DNA of 64,000 nucleotides. Source: Octopus sinensis (Eukaryota). The position numbers and the translations under genes are program-made. The notes under the pieces are model-generated. The model made no database searches. It saw nothing but the letters and a program-made list of their open reading frames with translations, and had not been told where the DNA came from. The first letter of the stretch is position 1; each line of letters starts with the position of its first letter. Below, piece by piece: positions 1 to 13,365 of this stretch. The stretch spans positions 32,686,464 to 32,750,463 of the forward strand of contig NC_043011.1 in NCBI RefSeq assembly GCF_006345805.1, written 5' to 3'.

Positions 1-144
1 TATATGAAAGGCGCCAATTTTAAAAAATGCGCTCATAGAGAACGGTCGCTCCCCTTGGTTCTCCTATTAGCTATATCACTGGTAATGTTGCATAGCAACA
101 GTTACTTTTTTTTTTTTTTCATTATCCTCATTTTTCTAATTGCA

Positions 145-520
145 AGAAGTGTGGTAAGTAGCTTGCTTACCAACCACATGGCTCCGAATTCCGTCCCACT
201 GCGTGGCACTTTGGGCAAGTGTCTTCTACTATAGCCTCGGGCCGACCAAAGCATTGTGAATGGATTTGATAGACGGAAACTGAAAGAAGCCCGTCGTGTA
301 TATGTATGTGTGTGTGTGTGTGTGTGTGTGTACGTTTGTGTATCTGTGTTTGTCCTCCCAACATCGTCTGACAACCGACGCGGGTGTGTTTACGTTCCCG
401 TAACTTAATGGTTCGGCAAAAAAGATCGATAAAATTAGTACTAGGCTTACAAAGAATAAGTCCTGGGGTCGATTTGCTCGACTAAAGGCGGTGCTCCAGC
501 ATAGCCACAGTCAAATGACT
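145..520 (+). mobile_element. tRNA-derived SINE, family S1 (dominant family in the window)
   Basis: Pol III-like head (gtggtaagtagcttgcttaccaaccac...ttccgtcccactgcgtggc), body gggcaagtgtcttctactatagcc...gaaactgaaagaagcccgtcg, internal (TG)n, and 3' part ggtcgatttgctcgactaaaggcggtgctccagcat. The same sequence recurs more than 15 times in the window. Confidence 0.85.
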
Positions 521-643
521 GCATAGTACTTATTCTATCGGTCTCTTGCCGAACCGCTAAGTTACGGGGACGTAAATACACCAGCATCGGTTGTCAAGCG
601 ATGTTGCGGGGATAAACACACACACACACGCACACACACACAC

Positions 644-709
<66 letters not shown>

Positions 710-857
710 CATATATACGACGGGCTTCTTTCAGTTTCCGTCTACCAAATCCACTCACAAGGCTTTGGTCGACCCGAGGCTATAGTAGAAGACACTTGCC
801 CAAGGTGCCACGCAGTGGGAATGAACCCGGAACCATGTGGTTGGTGAGCAAGCTACT
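521..857 (-). mobile_element. S1 SINE, inverted copy abutting the previous one tail-to-tail
   Basis: Reverse complement of the S1 body (tacttattctatcggtctc...gaacccggaaccatgtggttggtgagcaagctac); head truncated by the next element. Confidence 0.85.
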
Positions 858-1156
858 AAGACCCGCAGAAGAGAAAGCAGGTCAACCCCCGACACCGAGA
901 GCATCGACGGATGGATGAATGCGCATCCAGGCTCAGCGGTTGCGTAGGAAGTCGGGGATAAGAAACAGGAAGAAAGAGTGAGAGAAAGTTGGGGCGAAAG
1001 AGTACAACAGGGGGCGCCACCACCCCCTACCGGAGCCTCGTAGAGCTTTAGGTGTTTTCGCTCAATAAACACACACAACGCCCTGTCTGGGAATCGAAAC
1101 CACGATCCCTATGACCGCGAGTCCGCTGCCCTAACCACTGGGCCATTGCGCCTCCT
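858..1156 (-). mobile_element. tRNA-derived SINE, family S2
   Basis: Minus strand starts ggaggcgcaatggcccagtggttagggc (A box) and ggtttcgattccc (B box-like). Related heads at about 28172(+), 38190(+), 38690-38822(-), 40130-40285(-), 45340-45505(-) and 59335-59614(-). Confidence 0.75.
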
Positions 1157-1428
1157 GCTGTTGCTGATGGCTAGATGACCCGAGAGATTCAGACATGGTG
1201 ATTCTTTTATCTATAATCTTTTGCTTGTCTCAGTCACTGGACTGCGGCCCTGATGGAGCACTGCCTTGAAGGGTTTACTCATACAAATCAACTCCATTAC
1301 ATTTTTTTTTTTTTTTAGTTTGGTACTTATTCTATATGAGATTCTTTTGCCGAGCCGCTAAGTTGTGGATACATAAACAAACCAACAACAGTTGTCAAAC
1401 GGAAGTAGGACACACACACACACACACA

Positions 1429-1488
<60 letters not shown>

Positions 1489-1940
1489 GAGAAAGAGAGA
1501 GAGAGAAAAAGAGGAGGAAGAGAGAGAGGGAAAAGAGAGAGAGGTGAAAGAGAGAGAGAGCGCGCACGAGAGAGAGAGAGAATATTGTGGTAATGAAGAC
1601 GGGATTGTTATTGACATGATGAATTCTGTAACCTTTAAAAAAAGATAAGGTAACCATATCAGTGTGCGCGCGCGCGTGCGTGTGAGTGTGTGTTTACACT
1701 TTGAAGCGTCAGGGTGAAAATAAATACAATAAAACGTGAGGAAATATCAGTTTGAAAGCAACACGAATAAACATTTATTGGTTCTGTGTATTGAAAAATT
1801 ATTACAAATCGACATCATATAATATATTTTAATCCATTTGAAATATTTTCCTCCGACAAACAAACTAATAAATTAATTAATTAATTAATTAATTCCTACG
1901 TTTACTTGGTAGCAGAATGTCGCTTTCGTTTATTCAATTA

Positions 1941-2327
1941 CTAGCAGTATCGCCCGGCGTTGCTCGGGTTTGTAAGGGAAATAACTATAAAGCATTTTTA
2001 GAGAGTTATAGCCAAAAAATAGCAAAAAAATGGGAAAAAAAAATTATGGTAAATTTTTTTTTGATAGTTAAAAAGGTCGAGTTGCGTCCCCTAGACCATC
2101 TGTGGTTTGTGTTTCTGAATCTCGACCCCATGTCGAATTTATCGATCTTTTTCAGAACTGGGGGAACTTTTCAAAATTTTCGCTGCGTTAGTTTTGAATT
2201 ATGACATTGGGCTATGCGTGTGTCAAGTTTCATCAGAATCGGTTGAAAGCCGTGGTCAGGGTGAGGGTACAACCTGACAGACACACAGACACGCACACAG
2301 ACAAACTGCCGTTTATATAGAGAGAGA
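1941..2327 (-). mobile_element. Non-autonomous Helitron (complete)
   Basis: Minus strand begins TC and ends CTAG, sits between A and T (A|TC...CTAG|T, no TSD), has a subterminal GC hairpin cccg-agcaacgc-cggg (1953-1968) just before CTAG, and an (ACAG)n-like tract near the 5' end. Confidence 0.8.
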
Positions 2328-2659
2328 TTAATGTTTTAATTTTTAATCTATTTTCTGAGTAAGACCCAAATAAGAAATAATAAACCAGAGTTGTTAATCG
2401 GTAGTTTATACAACTGTGACATTTTAAATATCACCTTGGTATCCAATTGAGTCATTTATCTGATCTTTGTCTGTCTATCATTTCTAGCGAATCCTGATTT
2501 GCGCAGGTCATCACACGCATAAAGTTTGTCAAAATTTGAACGATTGCTCTGTTCTCAGGATCTGCTCACAGTGTTCAGTGCAGATATCATCATATCGTGA
2601 CCATCATACATACCATCACCAAGTTTTTCGTAACTTATAATGGTTTCAAATTTTGGCAT

Positions 2660-2814
2660 AACACCACAACTGGTACTTTATTTTTATCGATCCCTAAAGG
2701 ATGAACGGCAATGTCAGCCTCGGCGGAATTTGAACTCAGAACGTAATGACAGACGAAATGCCGCTAAGCATTTCACCCGGCGTACTAACGATTCTGCCAG
2801 CCAGCTCGCCGCCT

Positions 2815-2815
<1 letters not shown>
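2660..2815 (-). mobile_element. tRNA-derived SINE, family S3
   Basis: Minus strand aaggcggcgagctggc(...)agaatcgttag...ttctgagttcaaattccgccgagg...ttcatcc(t)ttagggatcgataaa. Other copies at about 3680-3885(-), 24060-24250(-), 24470-24610(-), 27185-27325(+), 29032-29264(+), 37078-37295(+), 37945-38165(+), 42080-42275(-) and 57981-58214(+). Confidence 0.8.
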
Positions 2816-2865
<50 letters not shown>

Positions 2866-2879
2866 TTAATAATGATAAT

Positions 2880-3436
2880 AAATGCCCTAATGCAGTACCA
2901 GGCAGTGGCTCTCGTGGCTTCTGATCTTAACTGATTGGAAGTGTTATCATGTACATTGTTTTGTCTTGGTATAAAAGATGGGCTACAGCAAATATTCTGC
3001 TCAATACCACAGATTTGCTTGTCAGTTGTTTGACCTTAACCAGTTGAGCATGTCCCTTAGTGGCTGACGATATGTGCATCTCTGATCACGAGCAGAAGTA
3101 GTGGGGGAGCATCATAGCCATGTGTTGAGAGGGATTCTTTGGGGTTTGAATAATTCCCCTCTGGAAACATGGGTGTTTCGTTCAACATCCTTAAACAACC
3201 CTTATTCAGAGACCTTTTGAGCGGGATGGGCTACTCGACCAGAAGAAAATTCTAACTGGGCCCCACCTGCAAGGTCATGTGCTGTTTATCTTGATATGAG
3301 ATCACCATGTCGCGCACTTATGGTTGTGATGCATATGCCTAGAGTACCCTTATCATACGGGTAGTTATGATGGGTATACTGGCTTCGTATATTTTACCCC
3401 AGTGTCACTTTGATAGCATGCACTGCTCTCTCACTC
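2880..3436 (+). mobile_element. ~557 bp interspersed element embedded in (AAT)n
   Basis: Highly similar inverted copy at 37335-37893 with the same two ends; both are flanked on both sides by (AAT)n/(ATT)n. Partial inverted third copy at 3511-3666. Confidence 0.8.
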
Positions 3437-3449
3437 AATAATAATAATA

Positions 3450-3515
<66 letters not shown>

Positions 3516-4121
3516 CTGCTCGTGGTCAGAGATGCACATATCGCCAACCACTAAGGTGCACATACTGTCAGCCACCAAGAGACCTGTTCAACTGGTTACG
3601 GTCAAACAACTGACAAGCAAATCTGTGGTATTGAGCAGAATATTTGCTGTAGCCTATCTTTTATACTAATCCTTTCTACTAAAGGCGCAAGACCTTACAT
3701 TTTGGGGGAGGGAGATAGTCGATAACATCGACCCAAGTATTTAATTAATACTTAATTTATCGACCCCGAAAGGATGAAAGGCAAAGTCGACCTTGGCGGA
3801 ATTTGAACTCAGGACGTAAGGACGGACGAAATGCCGCTTAGTATTTTACCCTGCGTGCTAAAGATTCTGCCACCGCGCCGCCTTAGTGTTGTAACTCTTA
3901 TAAGCATATTGCTTTTATTTTCTAGACAACCGCCGGTATCGAGAAACAGTTTTCCGACCAAGGCACCTCTACAGTGTAATTTCAAAACTTTTATAATGTC
4001 TTTGTTGCACGGTTAAATTGCTGGTATTCTAATAGCCATCTGTGCATCATAGTTAATGCATATACATTGTCGAAAGACCAGTTACTATAGTATTGTCACA
4101 ACCAACTCTGATGGTCTGATG

Positions 4122-4175
<54 letters not shown>

Positions 4176-4818
4176 GCCTCTCACCTCATCTCTCCTGTCC
4201 TTGAAACTTTTGTGCCAGCGGAAAACAGATGCTCGGCCACACAAGTTAATCCATAAGGAGTCTGGAACGTTTCGCAAAATATTGAAACTGAGAGAGAGAA
4301 AAAGAAAGTGAGAGAGAGGGGGAGGGAAGGAAAGAGAGGGAGAAGGGAAAGTATTGGCCTACATGAGGATCTCTACACTAAACTGATAAGTTGCTACAAT
4401 TTCTTATTTCTTCGAAGCCAGTTTCAATATTTTGGAATGAAAATGTCCCAGTTTCTTCACCACCTGCGTCTAGGACATCTGGTCTAGAAGAGTAACTGGT
4501 TTATTTATGCAGGTCAGTTATTGAAAAGTCGATTCTATTTCTCTCAGTGGCCATTCTTCTTTCTTTTTTTCTTTTACAAAATCAGTCATGAATAAATATG
4601 ACTTGAATATCGATCTGTACGCCTGGTATGAACCTGTGAACCAGAAGAAGACCAAAGGATTTTAGAATATTTTTAGTAAATATCAATTCCATTACTTCTT
4701 TGAACAAAAACTGTGCTCCAGCATGGCCGGAGTCAATGACTGAAACAACTAAAAGATAAGTACACATGAATATACATGTTTGCATGGGTATATATATATA
4801 CAGTTTTATTGGTTTGAG

Positions 4819-5004
4819 CAGTGCTCCGCAACTGGTATTCCGCGGCACACTTGTGTGTCACGAGACGATGCTAGGTGTGTCACAGTGTAGCCTGAATATA
4901 ATTTTTTCGCCCTTGCTTTAAGTTATGTTTTTAGTTCAAGTGTGCTGCCGAAAGTTGAAAAGAATATAAGTGTACCGCAAGTGAAAAGATGTTGCGGGGC
5001 ACTG
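4819..5004. mobile_element. hAT-like MITE
   Basis: 14-bp TIRs cagtgctccgcaac / gttgcggggcactg (1 mismatch); degenerate 8-bp flanks ggtttgag vs gttttaaa. Confidence 0.6.
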
Positions 5005-5277
5005 GTTTTAAAGGAAAGTCCGTTAGCGACAGGTTTAGCTTCATTCTGTCCATTCCCATGTCTTCCACACTATTAGTGTTCACAAATACTCGTATTTCAA
5101 AGGACCAACCTTGTCACATTTTGCGTCAGGCTGAAAAACTCTCTGAAAACTATTTGCACGTTAATTTCACGAACAGGCTATTCCGTTGAACAGACCAACA
5201 GGAAACCTCGCCGTCGTAACCGGAGTAGCTAGTGTGCTACTCATATACATACATACATACATACATACTACATACAT

Positions 5278-5363
<86 letters not shown>

Positions 5364-7020
5364 CATATACATATCTGTATGATGACGATCGTTTGATCGT
5401 ATGACTTAAGCCTTATGAGATTTCCCAAGTCTCTTTTTGATATTCATCCCTTACCCGACCTAAAACAGATTCATATGTCTCGACAACGAATGACTGACTG
5501 TCACGTTGTTTTATTCATTCATTATTCCACAAGACAACGACAGTATACACATAATTGAATAATATTGCACCAAGTCCAATCTATTTGTTTATTGCTATGT
5601 ATCAGCAAGACGATTGTTTGACTGATCCCCGATGAGGGTTTTTCAATTCCCTTTGATATTCTTCAATGACTCAAGCTTAGCCGGATTCAGACGTCACGAC
5701 TATGACTTGCACATACTTTGAATTACTCAATGATATCAACTAGGTTTATGTACATTAACATATATTTAATTGTGTTAAATCATAGGCTAATGCAGCCGAT
5801 AATGAAAAACTAAAAAGAAAAATAAATGGCGTCCGTTCACTAAAACATATGTACGTGTGTGTCTACATATACATATACATACACACATACACGCACGCAG
5901 ACACACATATACATATGTACACACACACACACACATATATGTGAATACATAAAAATACACACACATATTTATGCATACATACAGACACATGTATGCATGT
6001 AATACAACAGGAATGTATGGTAGAAGTCTACTAATCCGCCCCATGAACTGGATTTAATGCGATATAATTTAATATGATTTTCTGTAGACTAACTGCATTT
6101 GAAAAAAATTTTATTCGAAGTATATTGATATATAAGTATATGTGTGTGTAAACGTATGCATGTGTGTATGTATGCATGTATACATATATATATGCATAGG
6201 TACTTGTATGTATATATGTATGTTGGTAACAAATACACACACATGTACAAACAAGACCACACTTATTTATATATACATATACGAGTTTACTGTCATATAT
6301 ATACATATGATAGCAAACTCCACATGGAGTGAATCTACACACATACACGATTCCTGACTGTCAGCCAAGCGGCGCAGGTTCGATTCCCGGCGTGGGAACG
6401 TTAATTATTGCGGTGCTCCAGCATGGCCCCAGCCTCTGGCTGAAACCCATTAAGAGGATACACACACACACACACACACACACACCACACACACCACATA
6501 CACACACACACACACACACGGTCTCAAGTTCGGTCTCAAGGATACAGTTTTGAACTGAAATCACGAGAACGGAAAGTATATGAAGCGAGACGCCTTAACC
6601 GAGGATCGAACCTGCTTCTCAGATTTTGTTGTGCGATGGCTTGTTTGTGTCACACTTCGCGCATATATCCACATACATACACGCACACACGTGTATCTTA
6701 CTACAGCGCTCCGCCGACTCCATCGGAAGCTGGGAGTTCAAAGTAAGGACGTATGTATACATGCCTCTGTCTTTCTATCTGTCTGTGTATGTGTGCGCGC
6801 GTGTGTGTGTTTGTGTGTGCATGTATGTATGTATGTATGTATGTATGTATGTATGTATGTATGTATGTATGTATGTATTTATAACCGCCTTAGAAAGGTA
6901 TGTAAACGCTCACAAACAGACACATGTGCGTCAGTATGTGAGTGTAAACAATCTAGTATTTAAATATCGTAAATATACGCATATATATGTAAGCATGCAT
7001 CTACATATAAATATGCATGC

Positions 7021-7056
<36 letters not shown>

Positions 7057-7449
7057 ATGTTTGTATGTGTGTATGTATATCCATATGCATATATATATAT
7101 GGAGAAAGTGGCGTGTGTCCGTGTTTGTGTATGTATAAATACGTTCGTTCGTTTATACGTGTTGTGTTCTTGCACACAAATACACACACACACACACATG
7201 CACGCATATTCACACACACACACACACACACACATACACGCATATTCACACACACACACACACACACACACATGAACTTCTAGCTTCCGTTGGAAGTTGA
7301 TGTTGATGTTTTCATGAAAACTGCTAGTGCAATACCACTGCATAGCAATAGCAATTACAAACGGTGGTTGATAGTGACGTCTACTGCAGTTGGACTTCCC
7401 GTTGAGGCATATCAACTGCACAACTGTCTACTTACTCTTCTCTTCCTTT

Positions 7450-8028
7450 CTCTTCCCTTCTCCTCCTACCACCACTGTGTTTTGTTTTGTTTTGTTGGTT
7501 TTGTTTTTACCCCCTTTTCCTATTGTCGTTATGTACCTTCTCCGCCTCTTTCTTACTACTACTACTACTACTACTACTACTACCAATGCTGCTGTTTGCC
7601 TACTGCTACTTCCACTGCTATCGCTATCCCTGTCATTACCACCACACCACCACCACCACCATCACGGCCGTCGCCACCGCCACAAAAACAACCACTACTA
7701 CCACCGCCACCACCACCACCATCACCATCACCTCCATCATCACCACTATATCCACTGCTACTGCCTGTCTCCCCTCCCCACTACTTACTGCTGCTGCCTT
7801 CGCCTCCACCACCAATACTACTGCCAACATACCACTGCCGTTATTCCAGCCCTCCTACCTATTATACTATCACTACTGTTACTGTCACTTGGCAGGAGAC
7901 CCACCACCAACACTTTCGCCATCGTGTCTCCCCCCCCCCCGCCATTTCACTACTTTCCTGTTTTATGATTACGCTCCCTCGCCCATCGCCATCTCGCAGC
8001 ACTATTACTGTCACCTCGATCTTTCATC

Positions 8029-8060
<32 letters not shown>

Positions 8061-8710
8061 CAGCACTGCCACTATGGGCTAACTAATATACAAACCATCG
8101 CCATCCTATCACCCTTCACCATCTTCTTCCTTCCAAACACTGCCGATACCAACACCACCACCACCACCATCATATCACCACTACAACCACAACCACCTCC
8201 ACTGTCTTGCTGCCCTCTCCCTCCCTTCTACCCGCTACGACACTTCTCCATTACTCCTGTCACCATCCTCCCATCCCACTCCAACAGCATCCCAGCACTG
8301 CAGCCACCACCACCACCACCACCACCACCACTATCATCATTATCGTCACGACCATCACCGCCATCTTCATCAACACCACTATCATCACCATCATCAATAC
8401 GTTCACCAACCACTACCATCATCACCACCACCACCACCATCACTATCACTGTTATCGTATTGTACCATCATCATCATCATCGTCACCATCCTCCTACCAT
8501 TATTACCACCTTCCAATAGCAACAACAATAACAACACTATCAACTGTCACCGTCGCCTTCTCCGTCTCCCAAATCACCACCTCGCCGCCGCTACCATCAC
8601 CATCGCCGTCGCCTTTCCACTTTCGTTATCCTCCCACCGTCACTCCAGCAATCATCCCTCCTTCCACCTTTGTCCTCCCCACCACCTCCATCACCACTAC
8701 CACTAACACT
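7450..8710. repeat. Degenerate (CAC/CAT/TAC/CCT)n low-complexity tract
   Basis: Mixed trinucleotide repeats; open in several frames with poly-His/Pro/Thr/Tyr translations. Confidence 0.85.
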
Positions 8711-9480
8711 AAGAGATTCTCCCCCTCTTCCTCCCTCCCATTACTACAGCTGCTGCTGCTGCTGCTGTTGTTACCTCAATGCTGTGCTTATATATTTGAA
8801 ATCATCTTTAGAACAATGGTGAGAATTTCTTTGTCTTCAACATATCTACAAACTAAGTGGTCGAACGGCAGTGAGAGCAGTTTGTTTTGGATTTTATTTC
8901 AAGGGGACATTGCTGTTGATGTCTTATCTTTGTTTTGCCAGCACTTTCTTTGTTGGTAAGTTCAGACATTTGTTTGTTATTGCCGCTTTTCTCAAACTTC
9001 ATGTCTCTAGTTTTGTTATGGACAGCATGAAGACGGCGCCCGCTTGGACCTCATATTCACTCTCTCTCTCTCTCCCTCTTTCTCCTTCCCTCTCTCATTC
9101 TTCTTTCTTTCTTTTCCGTCCCTTTCTCGCTTTCTGTCGCTCTACTTACCATAACTTTCGCTACTCTCCCTCTCTTTACTTTCTGCCTTTCCTCGCTTTC
9201 TCTTTACTCACTATCTTTCGCCACTCTCTTCCTCTCTCTCTATCTCTGTCACTCTACTTACCGTAACTTTCGTCACACTCTGTTTTTCCTTACTGTCTTT
9301 TACTAATTTCTTTTTTCTCTCTCTTTCTCTTTCAGTCGCTCTTCTTACCCTATCTGTTTGTCTCCCTCTCTTTCTCTCTGTTTACTTACTGTTTTTCACC
9401 ACTTTCTCTCACTCTTTACCCTTCTGCTCTGTACTTAACCTGACTTTCTCCACTTTTTCTTTTAGCGCTCTACTTTTTCT

Positions 9481-9481
9481 G

Positions 9482-9538
<57 letters not shown>

Positions 9539-9958
9539 ATCTATCTATCTATCTATCTATCCGTCTATCGCTCTATCTATCTGTCTCTCTCTTACTGTTC
9601 TTCATTACATCATCATTCTATCACTCTCCCTTTCAACATAAACACACATACTCCCACACTTTAACAATCCCTTTTCATTCTCAATGTGTACCCTAACTTA
9701 TATATAACCCATCTTTCTCATTATACACTCCCTAATTCTCAAACTACACATGTCTTCTCTCCCCCCACCCTCTCGCTCTCTCTCTCTCTGTCTCTGTCTC
9801 TCCCTTACCGCGTTTTTCCCCGTTTGTCTCCCCGCCCCTTGTCTGGAGTGACCAGTCTCCCTACAAACTAATTCCATCACACCTGACTGTCTTTCTCCCT
9901 CTCTCTGTTTCTGTCTGTCTCTGTCCCTTTCTCTCTCTCTCTGTATCTATCTATCTGT

Positions 9959-10017
<59 letters not shown>

Positions 10018-10018
10018 C

Positions 10019-10057
<39 letters not shown>

Positions 10058-10112
10058 CCTATCTATCTATCTATCTATCTATCCATCTATCTATCTACCT
10101 ATCTATCTATCC

Positions 10113-10191
<79 letters not shown>

Positions 10192-10193
10192 CG

Positions 10194-10231
<38 letters not shown>

Positions 10232-10255
10232 ATCTATCTATCTATCTATCTATCT
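9481..10255. repeat. (TCTA)n microsatellite blocks with CT-rich spacer
   Basis: Direct reading of long tatc/tcta arrays at about 9481-9580 and 9945-10255. Confidence 0.9.
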
Positions 10256-10572
10256 TACATACACACTTACACGACATTCTCTCTTTATCTCCCTCTAACT
10301 CTCTCTCTACCGACATCTCTCTCGCTCCATTTCTACCTCTTTCTCTCACATATTTCTCAGTCAGTCTCTCTCTCTTACACATATACACAAACATGCACTC
10401 GCGCGCGCATACACACACATAGACGCATGCTCACGACATTTCTCTCTCTTTCTTTCACAGACACATATCTATTAGTCTCTCCTTCATGTATCTGTTAGTC
10501 TCTCTCTCTCTCTCTCTCTTGCACACACCTGACTACTGCTCTTTCTCACACCTGATAACGTCTCTCTCTCTC

Positions 10573-10672
10573 NNNNNNNNNNNNNNNNNNNNNNNNNNNN
10601 NNNNNNNNNNNNNNNNNNNNNNNNNNNNNNNNNNNNNNNNNNNNNNNNNNNNNNNNNNNNNNNNNNNNNNNN
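10573..10672. other. Assembly gap (100 N)
   Basis: Run of exactly 100 N, a typical placeholder of unknown size. Confidence 0.99.
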
Positions 10673-11379
10673 ATGAATTTCATACATATATATATATAAT
10701 ATATGTGTGTGTTTGTATCTATTATGTATATATATATATGTATTGTTTTTATTTTTGTGTATACATGAGTTTGTTTGTTTCAAGTTATTGAAAATTGCTA
10801 ATCGTTATCGCTTTGAAGTATTTTTATAGGTGTTTCAGCGAATGTATACACACGCGAGCATGTATATATGAGTGTGTATACATGCGTGTATTTGTATGTG
10901 TGTGTGTGTGGTGTATGAGAGAGCGAGAGAGGGACAGAGAGAGAAAGAGGGAGATCTGTGTTTAAGGGAGAGAAAGGGAGAGAGAAAGAAATAGATGAAG
11001 AGAGAAGTGGTGATGGTAGTTGGGGGGGGCAGGAGAGGATTTTTCCGAGGGAGAGAGAGAGAAAAGAATGAAGATAGAGCGGGGGGGGGGTTTAAAAAAG
11101 GGGGGTAGATAGAGAGTAAAAGAGACAAAACAGGGAAGTCGAAATTAAAGAAGACAAGGCAGTAGAAGGAGAAGGAGAAGGAGGAGTAGGAGGAGGAGGA
11201 GGTGAAGGAAAAGTAAGAGGAGGAGAAGGAAGAGTAGGAGAGTTGGATGGGAGGGAAAGTCGAAGTAAGGAAAATAGAAAGAAAATATGCAAATATAAAA
11301 TGTTGTAATAGTTTAGTGTTTTTCCTTTTTGTTTCATACCCTTATAGATTTATAGATAAAAGAGGGCAAGGTTACATTA

Positions 11380-11744
11380 TATAGAAACACACACATACAA
11401 ACATACCTACATACATATACATATATATATATACACACGCATGACAAATCTTTCACTCTATAATAGATACATATTACATATGTTTATATATTATATTATA
11501 TGTAACATATATATGAATATATATATATAAATATATATTTATATGTATATATGTATGTAGGTGTATATATACTCGCGTACATACACAAATTGATACAATG
11601 ACACGCGCACGTATATATGAGTTACATATTACATCATGTTTATTTATTTATAAAATGTTATATAAGTGTGTGATGTTTGCATGCGTATGTTTGTATAGTA
11701 TGTGCTACACAGCTAAGCACGAAGACATGCATGTGTGTGTGTAT

Positions 11745-11792
<48 letters not shown>

Positions 11793-11928
11793 TGTGTGTA
11801 CATGCATGTAACTATATACCTATGCAATTATTATATATCTATGACAAAATGTGTGTATATACCTCACTGAATTTATTTTATACCGTGTCCGTGCAAATCA
11901 TTTATACCTATATATATATATATATATA

Positions 11929-11980
<52 letters not shown>

Positions 11981-12906
11981 TATATACATTACATATATAT
12001 ATATATAATATATACACACATTTTACATATAATTTATATAAAACTTAGATTGATATAGATTTAAAAGTTATGTGCAATACGTATATGCACACACAAATGT
12101 ATGTATGTATGTATATACATATATATATATATATATATATACTAAAATATATCTATCTATATACATACGTAGATAGATATGTATATATATCTATATACAT
12201 ACATACAAACATGTACATACGTATGTATATAAATAAATATATGTATATATGTACATATATATGTATGTATATAAATATATATTTATATATATATATACAT
12301 ATATATATATGCATACATATATGTATATTAAGTATATACACGTTTATATGTATATATATATGTAAGTATATATAAATATACATGCATGTACATATACATG
12401 TATGTATATATATGTATGTACATATGTACGTAGGCATTAAATATATATAAACAGAATCGAGAGAGAGTGGTAATTTCCATCGGGAAGGAATGTAATAATT
12501 GGTGAGGTGACAGAAAGAATACAAAAAAAAAAACATTACTGTGAAGAGTGGGAAATCCGACGTTTCGGGGAGCGTCTCTTCTTCAGGTTTTTAAAATGAT
12601 TGACGGAAAATAGAAAGGCAGAGAATATTAACATACGCATACACACACGTTTGTGTGTGTGTGTGTGTGTAATTAATCGTAGGGTATGTACCGGTTTGCT
12701 TACCGGTAAAGTACGTTCACTTTCACAGTGTACCTTGTGCATTTCGTTGACGTGAGAGACGGAGGATGGAAGATACGAGAATTTCTATTAATCACTGCGA
12801 TTGTTTCGACCCACCTAACATCGACCTCTCTCATTAACCAAATATATATCGATGCTCCAGCATGGCCGCAGTCAATGACTAGAACAAGTAACAGAGAAAA
12901 GTGAAA

Positions 12907-12950
<44 letters not shown>

Positions 12951-13328
12951 ATAAGATATATATATATACTATTAATATTACCAGGTATATGTTATATACA
13001 TGCCACCATATACATATATATACATACATGCACACACATATACATACACAAAACACCACACACACACACACATACACACACCACACACACACACATATAT
13101 ATAATATATATATATATATATACGCTAAGTAAGTTTATTGTTCTTGTTTATATACTTACATAAGAATACATCTTAGTATGTCTATTTATAATTTTGTGAC
13201 TAACAAAACGATGGTTATGACTTAATTAAACTCAATCAATATTCTAGATGCTTTTTTTTATGCACTACAGTTCGGGTGATGTATTATTCAAACGTCTTCA
13301 TGTGATATATATATATATACATACATAT

Positions 13329-13365
<37 letters not shown>

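Noticed and set aside
7290-8959. 409-aa and overlapping Pro/His/Thr-rich ORFs
   Set aside because: Open in several frames because of trinucleotide repeats; the longest starts at a non-ATG codon; no domain or splice context.
10573-10672. ORFs spanning the N run
   Set aside because: Assembly gap; continuity across it is unknown.
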